From contig JAUCBJ010001151.1 in assembly GCA_032718475.1 (NCBI GenBank), positions 1 to 64,000 on the forward strand: a stretch of DNA of 64,000 nt. Reading direction: 5' to 3'. The notes beneath the pieces are model-generated. The model was not told where the DNA came from, ran no database searches, and was given only the letters and a program-made list of their open reading frames with translations. Below are positions 23,793 to 34,544 of the stretch, piece after piece (within the stretch, counting starts at the first letter, position 1; every line of letters starts with the position of its first letter). The stretch is from Nemertoderma westbladi (Eukaryota > Animalia > Xenacoelomorpha). The translations under genes were made by a program, and so were the position numbers.

Positions 23793-26700
23793 TTGGACTG
23801 GTTAGGTAAGTCTCATGAATATCAGAGTTCAATGGTTATTGGAGCCGTAGTCTCTACTTTACCAAAGGGTGGAGTATGTACACGCTGGGACAAGAAAGTG
23901 TTGTACATGAATGAACAACAACGACGAAGTCCTACCATGGCTGATCTCATGTCCTTCTTAGATGGTGAGGTAAAACTACAACTCATCAAGCAGTCCAGAG
24001 AGAAAACATCGGAAAATAAGGTAAGTGAGAAACCCGCTTCTAGGAGAAGTGTAACACCGGTGTGTTACACTGACGACGGCGAAAGCCAAGCTTCTCAAGA
24101 AGAGGACAGCGGGAAAGACACTGAGAGATCTTACTACGTTGACAAAACCTCAAAAGATGTAAGTAAATACAAGGCTCGAAACAACGATAGGAGAGAACAG
24201 GTTGCCAAGAACCCCCCTCAGTCTCCTAACAGAATGCACCGAAGAAAACCCGAAGAAAAAACGAGAGTGCATCAAGTTACCCAAGGTAAAGTGAGTAACA
24301 TAAAACCTAACTGTGCGCTGTGCGATGGGACCCACCGTTTGAGTGCGTGTGCTGAATTTCTAAAGAAATCCCTTGTAGACAGACGTGCAGTTGTGTGGGA
24401 CAAGCGGTTATGCTATAATTGCCTCAGACCAGGACACCAACGGCGAACCTGTTACTCCGACATAAAGTGTGCAAAGTGTGGCGCGAAACATCACATCTTG
24501 TTACACAGTGAGTTCGAACGAGACAAACAGAGTCAGGTAAGTGAGCCCGAACTACATGTCCAATTCAGTGATGTAAATGACACTGATCAGGAGTCTGAGA
24601 TGGAAGGATTCTATACTGACGAATTCTCCGACGCCAACGAATCCTGTTATCTAATCAATACCGCAGTGTATCGAGCACTTACTTATGAAAAGGACACCAA
24701 CAATGAGTTTCCCCCAACTACTTTTGCCAAACAACCATCTTGGAAAGCTCCAACTTCCAACGTAGGAATCAGAGAATTTCCTGTAGTGCAGGTAAGAGTT
24801 CACGGTCCTAACCACAGTTACATAGTGAACGCACTCCTTGACTCCGGCAGCACAGGAACATTCATCGATCAAGAATTAGCCGAAGATATCTTTGCTGGAC
24901 AACCCAAATTCCGGACTAAATTGAATATGTCAGGAATTATGCAGGTTTGGAAATCTACCCTAACGGCAGATTACTATGTAGGTGTGTTGTCCACCCCCCA
25001 GGATAAGTTAGGAGCACAAGGTATAAGGTCGGTAAAAATGGTGGCTATAAAGAACTTCGCTACTACTCAAGCAGACCTTTATAATTGGGATGAGGATGAG
25101 AGCATCCAACATCTTAAGATACCTCGATTCCAGACAGATTATCCTGGAGTGCAAATACTCATCGGCCAAAACGCGCACGAGGCGCTCGAAACATTAGAGA
25201 AACGGCCTGCTCAACCGCAGCCACTGCAAACCTATGCGGTAAGAACTAGAGTAGGTTGGTACTTTACTGGCCCTTCCCGCAGGACTCTCGAAGAGAGAAG
25301 GCCACAAGAACGAGTATACCAGGTGAGTGATTGGAGCGAGGAGAGCAGTGAGGTGGATGAACTAACTGAGGAAACACAATACTCTTCAGATAATGACGAC
25401 ATCTACCAACTCTTCGATCAAGAGAACACCATCGACCTACTTACAGAAAACCAAACTTGGAAAAATCAGGTGAACCTATGTCAACTGATTCGCCCATCGG
25501 AACCCATCGCTTACAATGACGAACTAAACGATGAGATAGAGCGCTGCAACGCTAGAACTCGGGACGAACTAGCCGTACGATTCTTTACTCAGGAACTGGT
25601 AGAGCCCAATTCATATGATAAGGCTCTATCGATAGAAGAAGAAAGAGCCAAGCAAATCCAGGAAACAACTACACGTTTTTTAAAGGACCAAGGTAGGTAT
25701 GAAATCGGCCTACCATTTCGAAAACGAGAACCTAGATTTATAAATAACAGACCCTTGGCAGAGAAAAGAATCGCTCAATTACATCGACGCCTTACAGCTA
25801 ATGCTTCAGCGAAAGAAATGTACCAAACTCAGCTGAAGAAATTTATAACAAAGGGATACGCGGAGCGAGTACCGGAAGGAACACCAGTGACTGAGAGAAC
25901 GTATTACTTAACACATCATTACGTTCCCAAACCCGGTAAACCCCATGAAGTACGAGTCGTATTCGATGGCTCTGCTCTATATATGGGCCAATCCCTCAAT
26001 TCCGAGTTGTTATCAGGACCCAACTTACTCCAATCTTTGTTGGGAATACTTTTGAGATTAAGACAATATTCCATCGCGTTCGCCTCCGATATAGAAGGAA
26101 TGTTCTTACAAGTCAAGGCGCTGGATAGAGATAGAGACAGCCTGAGATTTCTGTGGTGGCCTGAAGGAGACCTCAATCAGAAACCGGTAGAGTACTGGAT
26201 GACCATCCAGGCTTTTGGAATCATATCAAGCCCTTCCAACGCCTGCTCCGTGGTGCGAACCACTGCGAATGACAACCGAGACTCCTTCTCAAAAGAGGTG
26301 ATAGACAACATCAAACGGAATATATACATGGACGACAATTTAAGGTCCCTTCCATCAGTAGAAGAAGCCATAGCTGTCGCGAAAGGAACGGTAGAGTGTT
26401 TGAAAAGAGGTGGATTTCGACTGACGAAATTCACTAGCAACTCCCGTGAGTTTCTGGAAGCCATACCGGTAGAAGACCGCGGAGCGAAAGACCTAGACTT
26501 AATAAAGGACGATCTTCCTGAAACCAAGACGCTTGGCTTGAAGTGGGACACTGAAAGAGACATCCTGTTTTTTCAGTTAAAACAGCGAGATAATCCAGTT
26601 CGGACCAAACGGATTTGTTTAAGTATCCTGAGCACTTATTTCGACCCATTGGGATTCATTAGCCCAGTTATATTGATTGCTCGAAGTTTAGTACAACAAA

Positions 26701-29210
26701 TGTGGCTTGAAAACCACTCATGGGACGATCCGCTTAAGGGAGAATTGTTAAAGAAATGGATGAAATGGGAAAATTCTCTACCTGCCATCGAGAACTTTAT
26801 AATTTCCCGTGCATATTTTGGCCATGTTCTTCCTACGTATCCTTATCAACTCCATGTGTTTGGAGACGCCAGCGACATGGGAATAGGTATAGTAGCATAT
26901 CTGCGAGTCGAAACCCCGGATGGAATCAAAGTCGCCTTGGTTACCTCTAAGGCATTGATTAACAACAAGTTAAAGGTTCCTCGAGCGGAGTTAAAGGCGG
27001 CTTTATACGCTACAGCCATCGGCCGGAACGTAACGGAACAAATCGACTATCCGCTGGAGAAAACGGTTTATTGGACCGACGCTTTACTCGTGTTGGAGTA
27101 TCTAACCAATGAAGTCTGTCAGTTCAGCGTTTTTGTTACTAACAGAGTAGCTATTATTCTTAGTCGCACAAAGATAGATCAATGGCGACATTGCCCTGGT
27201 ACGATTAATCCAGCCGATATCGCCTCCAGGGGAGCAACTCCACAGGAACTGATAGATACTCCAGATTGGTTGGGTGGACCCGACTTCCTGAGCAAGGAAG
27301 AGGATGAATGGCCTCCTCACCTTACTACGACAGAGATTAGACAAGCCAAGGGAGCGGAGACAGTCAAACCTAAAACCCGGGCGAGTAAATCGAAGTTATT
27401 TAAACCGACTATCGATCTATCTGTATTACATACTTCCGGGAATGATGCTTCGGATCCACAATCCTTCAACACAAATAAGTCTGTTGTGGAAATTAGAGAT
27501 AGAGATTGGAAATCTGGAATACCAGACGTCTCGCAAGGAATCTCACCCATGCTGCAGAGAGCAATGCATCATTACAGTTCCTGGAATCGGCTCTGTAAAG
27601 CCGTCACATATTTAAGACGATGTTTTCATCATCACTACTCCAGGACGAAGACCACTAGTGATAACGCTCCATTGACATCTGCACAAGTTCATGTTATTAA
27701 AAATTTACCCAAATATAAGACATCTGACCGTTTTCTCAAGGAGAAAATTAGTCACCAGGAGCATGAAGAAACCAATAAGCAGATACTGAGACTCCTGCAA
27801 TGCTATGAGGATTCCGAAAAGTATTTCCTGTTGTTGAGAAATCCGCAGATGTGCTTAAGGGATCGATTCTCGAGCACAATGATAGATGGGCTAATACGTG
27901 TTGGAGGAAGACTCACCAATGCGCCCTTATCCTTTGACACCAAATTCCCCTTACTTATTAGAAATCTTGAAGTACAAATCAAGATGATTGTAGACGTTCA
28001 CAGTAAACTTTATCATGCTGGTAGAGAACGAATTCTTAGCGAAATTCGAACTCGCTATTATTTTGATAAACCCCGTAGAGCTCTGAACCAAGTTCTTAGG
28101 AACTGCATACCCTGTAGGAAGGCATTCAGTAGGCCTTTAACACAGCGAGAGGCAGAATTACCTAGGGAACGAGTAAGCTTCTATGAACCACCTTTTACTA
28201 ATACTGGTGTAGATTTATTTGGCCCTATTGAAGTATACCGTGCTAGGACTATAGTCAAGAGATGGTGTGTCATCTTCGTGTGCATGACTTGTAGAGCCAT
28301 CCATCTCGATATGGTGAACGATCTATCTACCAACAGCTTCGTCTTAAGTTTACGACGACAGATCGCTCGCTTCGGGACGAGTAATACCATGAGATCGGAT
28401 AAGGGAACGAACTTCATTGGTGCCAACAACGAAATACAGGCTTACGTGAAGGACTGGAACCAAAGACAGGTGGACGACCAGCTAAGGATAACAGCGTCTA
28501 GCTGGACCTTCAACGCCGCTGACGCCCCTTGGTGGGGAGGAAGTTGGGAGAGATTAATTCGAAGTGTCAAAACCGCATTTCACTTTATAGTGCCATGCCG
28601 CGCGTATCTCACCGACGAACTTTTGCGGACGTTAATGGAGGAAATAGCTGCCTATCTCAACGAGAGACCGCTTATGCCAGTCTCATCGAGTCCCGATTCC
28701 CTAGAAGCGCTAACACCCGCGCACTTCCTACTGAAGAAACCTGTAGCCATGCTCCCACGATCGGAGATTGCCGACGGAGACGAATACTGCCGTCGAACTT
28801 GGCAACTTATGCAGTTGCTATCCCGTCGTTTCGCTGACCATTTCGAGAAACATTATCTGCCCACGCTACAACTTCGAACTAAGTGGTTTGCGCAGCAAGA
28901 AAACGTCAGCGCCGGAGATATGGTGCTTATTGTAGATCCAGACCTCCCACGTAAACGGTGGCAGACAGGTCGTATCATCGAGACTCACATCTCGGATGAT
29001 GGTTTAGTGCGCTCAGTAGAACTTGTCGTCATGCGGCGTAACTTCAAGAAGCCAGGCATAATCTTTGAGACGCAACAACTCAATCGCCCAGTTGGTCGTT
29101 TATGTTTACTGGAAAGAGACAGAGAACTCTCTGGAAACTATGGAAGGCAAGACACTCTTCCCACGACCACCTCCCTAATTCCTCAAACATCTAGGGACTC
29201 CCCAACGTGA
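23793..29210 (+). CDS. BEL/Pao gag C-terminus-pol polyprotein of element B (zinc knuckles, aspartic protease, RT, RNase H, integrase)
   Basis: Triple Cys/His knuckles typical of BEL gag (CALCDGTH..C, CYNCLRPGH..C, CAKCGAKHH..LH), LLDSGS, RT SDIEGMF and YMDD, RNase H FGDAS, integrase H..YH...CIPC, GVDLFGP, SDKGTNF, WERLIR and a C-terminal WQTGRI domain. The ORF is uninterrupted for 1805 aa. Confidence 0.96.
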   Translation: MDWLGKSHEYQSSMVIGAVVSTLPKGGVCTRWDKKVLYMNEQQRRSPTMADLMSFLDGEVKLQLIKQSREKTSENKVSEKPASRRSVTPVCYTDDGESQASQEEDSGKDTERSYYVDKTSKDVSKYKARNNDRREQVAKNPPQSPNRMHRRKPEEKTRVHQVTQGKVSNIKPNCALCDGTHRLSACAEFLKKSLVDRRAVVWDKRLCYNCLRPGHQRRTCYSDIKCAKCGAKHHILLHSEFERDKQSQVSEPELHVQFSDVNDTDQESEMEGFYTDEFSDANESCYLINTAVYRALTYEKDTNNEFPPTTFAKQPSWKAPTSNVGIREFPVVQVRVHGPNHSYIVNALLDSGSTGTFIDQELAEDIFAGQPKFRTKLNMSGIMQVWKSTLTADYYVGVLSTPQDKLGAQGIRSVKMVAIKNFATTQADLYNWDEDESIQHLKIPRFQTDYPGVQILIGQNAHEALETLEKRPAQPQPLQTYAVRTRVGWYFTGPSRRTLEERRPQERVYQVSDWSEESSEVDELTEETQYSSDNDDIYQLFDQENTIDLLTENQTWKNQVNLCQLIRPSEPIAYNDELNDEIERCNARTRDELAVRFFTQELVEPNSYDKALSIEEERAKQIQETTTRFLKDQGRYEIGLPFRKREPRFINNRPLAEKRIAQLHRRLTANASAKEMYQTQLKKFITKGYAERVPEGTPVTERTYYLTHHYVPKPGKPHEVRVVFDGSALYMGQSLNSELLSGPNLLQSLLGILLRLRQYSIAFASDIEGMFLQVKALDRDRDSLRFLWWPEGDLNQKPVEYWMTIQAFGIISSPSNACSVVRTTANDNRDSFSKEVIDNIKRNIYMDDNLRSLPSVEEAIAVAKGTVECLKRGGFRLTKFTSNSREFLEAIPVEDRGAKDLDLIKDDLPETKTLGLKWDTERDILFFQLKQRDNPVRTKRICLSILSTYFDPLGFISPVILIARSLVQQMWLENHSWDDPLKGELLKKWMKWENSLPAIENFIISRAYFGHVLPTYPYQLHVFGDASDMGIGIVAYLRVETPDGIKVALVTSKALINNKLKVPRAELKAALYATAIGRNVTEQIDYPLEKTVYWTDALLVLEYLTNEVCQFSVFVTNRVAIILSRTKIDQWRHCPGTINPADIASRGATPQELIDTPDWLGGPDFLSKEEDEWPPHLTTTEIRQAKGAETVKPKTRASKSKLFKPTIDLSVLHTSGNDASDPQSFNTNKSVVEIRDRDWKSGIPDVSQGISPMLQRAMHHYSSWNRLCKAVTYLRRCFHHHYSRTKTTSDNAPLTSAQVHVIKNLPKYKTSDRFLKEKISHQEHEETNKQILRLLQCYEDSEKYFLLLRNPQMCLRDRFSSTMIDGLIRVGGRLTNAPLSFDTKFPLLIRNLEVQIKMIVDVHSKLYHAGRERILSEIRTRYYFDKPRRALNQVLRNCIPCRKAFSRPLTQREAELPRERVSFYEPPFTNTGVDLFGPIEVYRARTIVKRWCVIFVCMTCRAIHLDMVNDLSTNSFVLSLRRQIARFGTSNTMRSDKGTNFIGANNEIQAYVKDWNQRQVDDQLRITASSWTFNAADAPWWGGSWERLIRSVKTAFHFIVPCRAYLTDELLRTLMEEIAAYLNERPLMPVSSSPDSLEALTPAHFLLKKPVAMLPRSEIADGDEYCRRTWQLMQLLSRRFADHFEKHYLPTLQLRTKWFAQQENVSAGDMVLIVDPDLPRKRWQTGRIIETHISDDGLVRSVELVVMRRNFKKPGIIFETQQLNRPVGRLCLLERDRELSGNYGRQDTLPTTTSLIPQTSRDSPT

Positions 29211-30834
29211 TACGTCTGGAGTGGGTGTATGACTATATTGTTTTATCTATTTTATTATATTTTTATATGCGAACTTTATTATGTACTTTATTATAATCGT
29301 TTTTATTCAATTTTATTTAGTAGAATGTTATTTTAGTGATTATTTAGTAGATTAGTGCAATATATTAGTGTTTATTACGTACGTAATTACTTATAATATA
29401 TATTTAGTGCGACGGCGAGAAATAATTTTTTCTCTTTCCTTACTGTCCGTATCATATTATAAATACGTGACTACAGTAAGATGAAATGTCCGTACTTCTT
29501 AAAGTACAATAAAGCCACTACTATATTCAAGTATTATTGGTAGGCAGAGTATTAGGAATGCAAAGTTCAGATCCTCGTGTCTCGGCTAAACCAAGCTCTG
29601 GGTAGACCTTGGAAACGACTTGCCTCTTCACACTGACATTGCTTCGTGCGATATTGCTCTTCTACCTTATATTAAATAATACATATAGTAGCGTGAAGTC
29701 CCTCTAACAGTAGCGTAAAACGCAAATAAATCTGTTAAACCTTTTGACCATCTGTAATTCTAGTCGATTAAGATATCGCGGCACCCACCTATATACTTGA
29801 AAGACAAATTCTAGAATCAGTGGTTAACGTCCCCAGACAAGCTCTGGAAAAAATCGGTGCCCATCTTAAATATTAATTTAATATTTAGTAAAATCTGTAA
29901 AATTCAGATCCGTTAACAATTCTAGTCGATTAAGATATCGTAGCACTTACCGATACTCTTAAAAGACAAATTTCATAGAATTAAGGATCCTATGTCCCCA
30001 GACCTGCGCTGGAATCAAATTGTGTCAATTTTAACATCAAATAATAAAATTCACGGGAATAAATTTAAATTCATATTTTAAATGAATTTCATAAATTGTC
30101 ATTTTTGTACAATTTATAACATTCCCAAAATTCCATTAATTAATAGATCATGGGAGCGGAGATTCATCCTATTGAGTGTATTAGAGTGCGAGAATCTCCA
30201 ACATATAGTCAATAGCCGATAAAATTAATAAAATCATGCATAAAGAGGATATTGACAACTAAAGAATTATTATTAAATAGCATCCCAGATCTGTATGCAT
30301 GAGAATTACCCTAATTCTACCGCTAGCATTCCATAATGTCACCATAGCAACACCCACGCTAGAATTAGAAGCAAGTTAAAAGAACAATAGAAAGCTTGTC
30401 CCATTGCATAGCATAGAGAATATAGCACACTGCTAGTATCCAAGGATACACAGTAATAACGTGACATTCTGGAAGGCACTGACTAACGGACAAATGGCCT
30501 GTATGTGTACAATTGGTGACAGTTGTGTGGAATTTGTGCGTTTGTAGGTGAATGTTACTGCTAAGGTGTGTTTACAGTATCTAGTCGCAATTGTGAAAGT
30601 AGCCCAACTCTCCTATAGAAAGAACCTAAAGTGGATTCAAGCCTTTGGGACGGACAGTGGAGTGACTTGTGCCGGTTATCGTTGTCGTGATGTTGCTACA
30701 TGTTGGCGTAAACACCGCGACGACGGTACATCGGCGCTGAGAATCCCACTGTCCGGGGCGAAGAGAGGTAGGCAGCGACGCCCGCTCGCCTAAACATAAA
30801 CTCATTACAATATTAATAAACTCAGATAGCAGAT

Positions 30835-32282
30835 ATGACGGAGTTGATAGAAGATGATCTTGGTATCAGGGAGCGATATACTCTACCTTTACAAGCATTT
30901 GTGGATAGCTTGATACGCGGTGAAGCCGATCCAACCATTACGGAGGACGATGGTCGTTATATCGAACCGCCGATGTCCCAAGAGCAACTTACGCGTGAAT
31001 TGGACTATCGAAAATTCACCGCTCGCTATACGCATCGTAATGGTACGTATATGGACTTCCTAACTACCGGCCATCCTATCGATTTACATGATACGGACGA
31101 TGTAGACACCGAAAGGGAAATGGTCTATTTAAATATCATACCCAGCGGAGTCGTAACGATAAACCGAAAATAGATCACGAAAATTCTATTCGTAACAGAC
31201 TGGGAAGACGAACCAATATGCCTAGAATCTGAGGAGATTCAGCCTATCGCGCCCGGAACAGCGACAACGACTACATCATAGAATGGTATCAAGGTCCACA
31301 GTGTCTCACTGCGTACGATTATCGACATGCCAACTATGTTTCTAGGCAACGTTGTCGGTTATGCGCATCGAGAGACCACGATACGCCCATGGACACCAAC
31401 GTCCGCTGTTCCTATTTCCAAGAACAACCGACTATGGAAATTTATTGCGCATATTGCAGACTCAATAACTTGCATATCTTTGCGGTTTGCCCTCAATTTA
31501 TGACTCAATGTCACCATTGTCAACTAAAGGGACATGCCAGTTTCGATTGCCCTTTTAATCACGATTTGGAAAGCGTAGATGAAATGATCACACTACGTTA
31601 CATCAGAGCTTGGGAAGCGAACGCTGATTTACATTGTGATTCGCGCCATCGCTATTATCCCGGACGCGCTTACGAAGGAGTTTATGCGTTCCATCCTTAT
31701 CTATTCGCTTCGGTTGAACAGAAATCACGCATATCAAGTTACGAGCTACTGAAGCGCGTCGGAGAATGTATCTCAACCAAATTCGTACGCAAATTTCTCA
31801 GGAGTGTTAATCCTAGCAACCTTCATTCCTATAACTTAATCAATTATATCCGTCAGGATCCGGACTATGGAGACTTGTTTGTTAACTCACACCCCGAGTT
31901 ACAGGAAGTATATCGACGGCCTTACGAATACCGAGCCCGCGAACGCGAGTTGGAAAGGACCATTAAACCCCGGAGGTTTCTAACTGCCTATGGTCCACCT
32001 ACGGCCCTCGTTCAGACCACTCGTAAAGGACCCGTAAGAGCGGCTGTCTTGAAACGAGCTCTCAAAGCCGTTAGACCCCTCTCCCCTGACGTTGATGTCA
32101 ATCAACCCGGTACTTCGACTGGCGGATACACCGACCATAATCCCACACCCTCTGATGCAATCATATTGCACCCTTCACCCAGGAGTTATAGCCCTCCTTG
32201 TAAAGTGGCTCGCCCCAAAGAGAAAAGGACTCTGGCTAGCTTTAAAAAACTGCGTAAACGCCGTCCGCGCAAGAAAGACTAA
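30835..32282 (+). CDS. Accessory third ORF of element B: CCHC zinc-knuckle protein with a basic C-terminal tail (split by a probable frameshift and a TGA)
   Basis: ORFs 30835-31173 and 31389-32282. The second frame is open from 31233 and encodes CRLCASRDH...C, CAYCRLNNLHIFAVC and CHHCQLKGHASFDC, and ends KKLRKRRPRKKD. It lies between pol and the PPT. Confidence 0.7.
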
Positions 32283-32360
32283 CTTTTTAGAGTATTTATG
32301 TATATTAGAAACTGTGATTTTGTATATTTTATAGACTCAAATCCCATTTTCTGGGAGCGG

Positions 32361-33618
32361 TGTAAAAGCTTCTGTGGGATATAACTGGCCCCTTTGCTTC
32401 GCAATCCAGTTTCCCCCCAGGCGCTGGAATACTCTAAAAGGTTCTCTAACTGTATATATATTCCCCTCGCCCGCAAGGTACCGTTACAGGTGTTTTAACG
32501 GACATAAAAGTCATTCTTCTATATACGTGCTTTGGCGGACATGGTAAGGCAAAAAACCCGCAATGCACCAAATACCTTTACACGGCTTGGCCTTGATGAT
32601 TCAGATTGCGACATCTAGCAGCTGGTTGCTGGCATGGAAACAGCCATTGGACGCATGGTTCTTTGTTTGGCTTGAGCCAATCAGAGCGATTTTTTCTGTC
32701 GACGTGTAGATATTCGGTCGATCATACTAGGAGTGTTCTGTCTTACTGTTTTTTGTGATACCGTTGTGTTGTTGCTATCTAGGCCAGGAACACCGGCTCT
32801 AGAGTCAATTCGTTTTCATACTTTAGAAGAAACATTAGTAGGCTTAAATTATAGAGCGTATAACTGTTATCAACTCATATCAATCAGTGCAGTCCGGTCC
32901 AGTCAAACAGTGTTACCATCTTAACCTACCGTCTTAATGCTATTTACTGTTGTGTTTTGGTTGAATATTATTATTTGGAGAACATTTATAAAGAACCCAA
33001 ATTTCCCAATTTTCTTGATACACTACAGGTTAGAGAGACGGGTTATATATAGCGATTGCGACTTATATTGTTGTGGTTTGTAGTGAATTTAATGCTATTT
33101 GATAAGCCCTACATGAGTCCGTTGCTGCTCTCTTTATATATGATAAAATTCATTGACGGTCGGCAAATTAGTGAGCAGTATTGTGTGTTACCGGTAGTGT
33201 GCCTGATTGTGACTGATAACTAAGCATTTCCTAAAGAATGCGCCTCATACGTGAATCATAAGCCTTACCGACTTGCCGTTGTGATTAGTATAAGTCATAT
33301 CTCTGTTTACCTAGATAGAGCGCCACGTCCTAAAGGAACTGTTAATATTTCCCGAAAGTGAATAATATTAGTCAGAAATTATTTATTAACGATCAATCGA
33401 ATAATACAGTAAGCTTACACTGCAATAATAATCTAAGCCCTCAGAATCCAGTCTCCCGGGTATATCCAGCGGGTGAATGGACGCGCACTAGGCTGGCTTC
33501 TGCTAATGTTGTGTTTATTGGTATTAAATATTTGTCAACTTCTAAAGTCTATTTATAAACCAAAAGACATATAAATTTTGGCAGGTTAAACTGCTAAAGG
33601 TCTTCAAAAGCGCGTACA
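32361..33618 (+). repeat. 3' LTR of element B (1258 bp)
   Basis: Near-identical to 17611-18871. Confidence 0.97.
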
Positions 33619-33769
33619 AAGGTTGTACTTGACTACGGTGCATATTATACCTCCCTTCCTTCTTTCGTGCCAATATCACCTAACTTTATTTTAGATTTTG
33701 TTTTATCTGTATTTTCCCCCTATTCTGTGCTATCATCGTACCTACCTCTCTACTTGTTTCTTACTACGT

Positions 33770-34350
33770 ACTTACTACTTACTACTATAGTATGTTGTAT
33801 CCATATACCATTTTCTCTACTCTATTACTGCTAACTCTACTAACTCTACTAACTCCACTTATTCTACTAACTCTACTAACTCTACTGATTCTACTAACTC
33901 CACTAACTCTACTAATTCCAACGGTACTATGTACCCTCCTACTACCCTCGTGGTATGTCTCTATACCACACTCCCTATTCTTCTAAATCTAACGGTACTA
34001 CGTACCCTCTTACTCCCGTGGTATGTCTCTATACCACACTCCCTGATCTCTAACTTCTAACTCTCACGGTACTATGTACCCTCCTACCCTCGTGGTATGT
34101 CTCTATACCACACTCCCTATACTTCTAACTCTAACGGTACTATGTACCCTCTTACTCCCGTGGTATGTCTCTATACCACACTCCCTATACATCTAACTCT
34201 CCTCTTACTCTTACTAACTTCTATTAACTTTCTAACTACTACTAACTTCTGCTAACTTTCTAACTATTACTAACTTCTGCTAACTTTCTAACTATTACGT
34301 GCTACGTACTATCTACTACTATCACTTTCTGACTTTCTGCTTTCTCACTT
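33770..34350. repeat. Repeat cluster in the 3' UTR of element A: CTACTAACT-type 9-mers and four ~60-bp units
   Basis: Unit CGGTACTATGTACCCTC...CGTGGTATGTCTCTATACCACACTCCCT occurs four times at 33922-34190, each with a GTGGTAT/ATACCAC hairpin. Confidence 0.85.
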
Positions 34351-34544
34351 TATTTTATTATTTTTATTTTTTTTATATTTTGTGTGGGAAGGGCGTCTCG
34401 CCCTCAATCCCACCCCCTTCAGTCCAACACTTGGACGACTAAACTCTATGGTGCCCCTTCTAATAGGCAGCACTTTCCTACAGCCCTCCTGTAGGTCTTT
34501 CTATCTTTCGCTCCTATCTTACCCTCTATCCGCACTTCCACCAA

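Larger units (their letters stand above)
17611..33618 (+). mobile_element. BEL/Pao LTR retrotransposon B (16 kb, young), inserted antisense in the 3' UTR of element A
   Basis: LTRs at 17611-18871 and 32361-33618, near-identical (about three differing sites). 5-bp TSD AAGGT at 17606-17610 and 33619-33623. GGGAGCGG purine tract before the 3' LTR. Confidence 0.97.

Noticed and set aside
30835-32282. ORF3 of element B as an env gene
   Set aside because: No signal peptide or transmembrane helix is visible. It has zinc knuckles and a basic tail instead.
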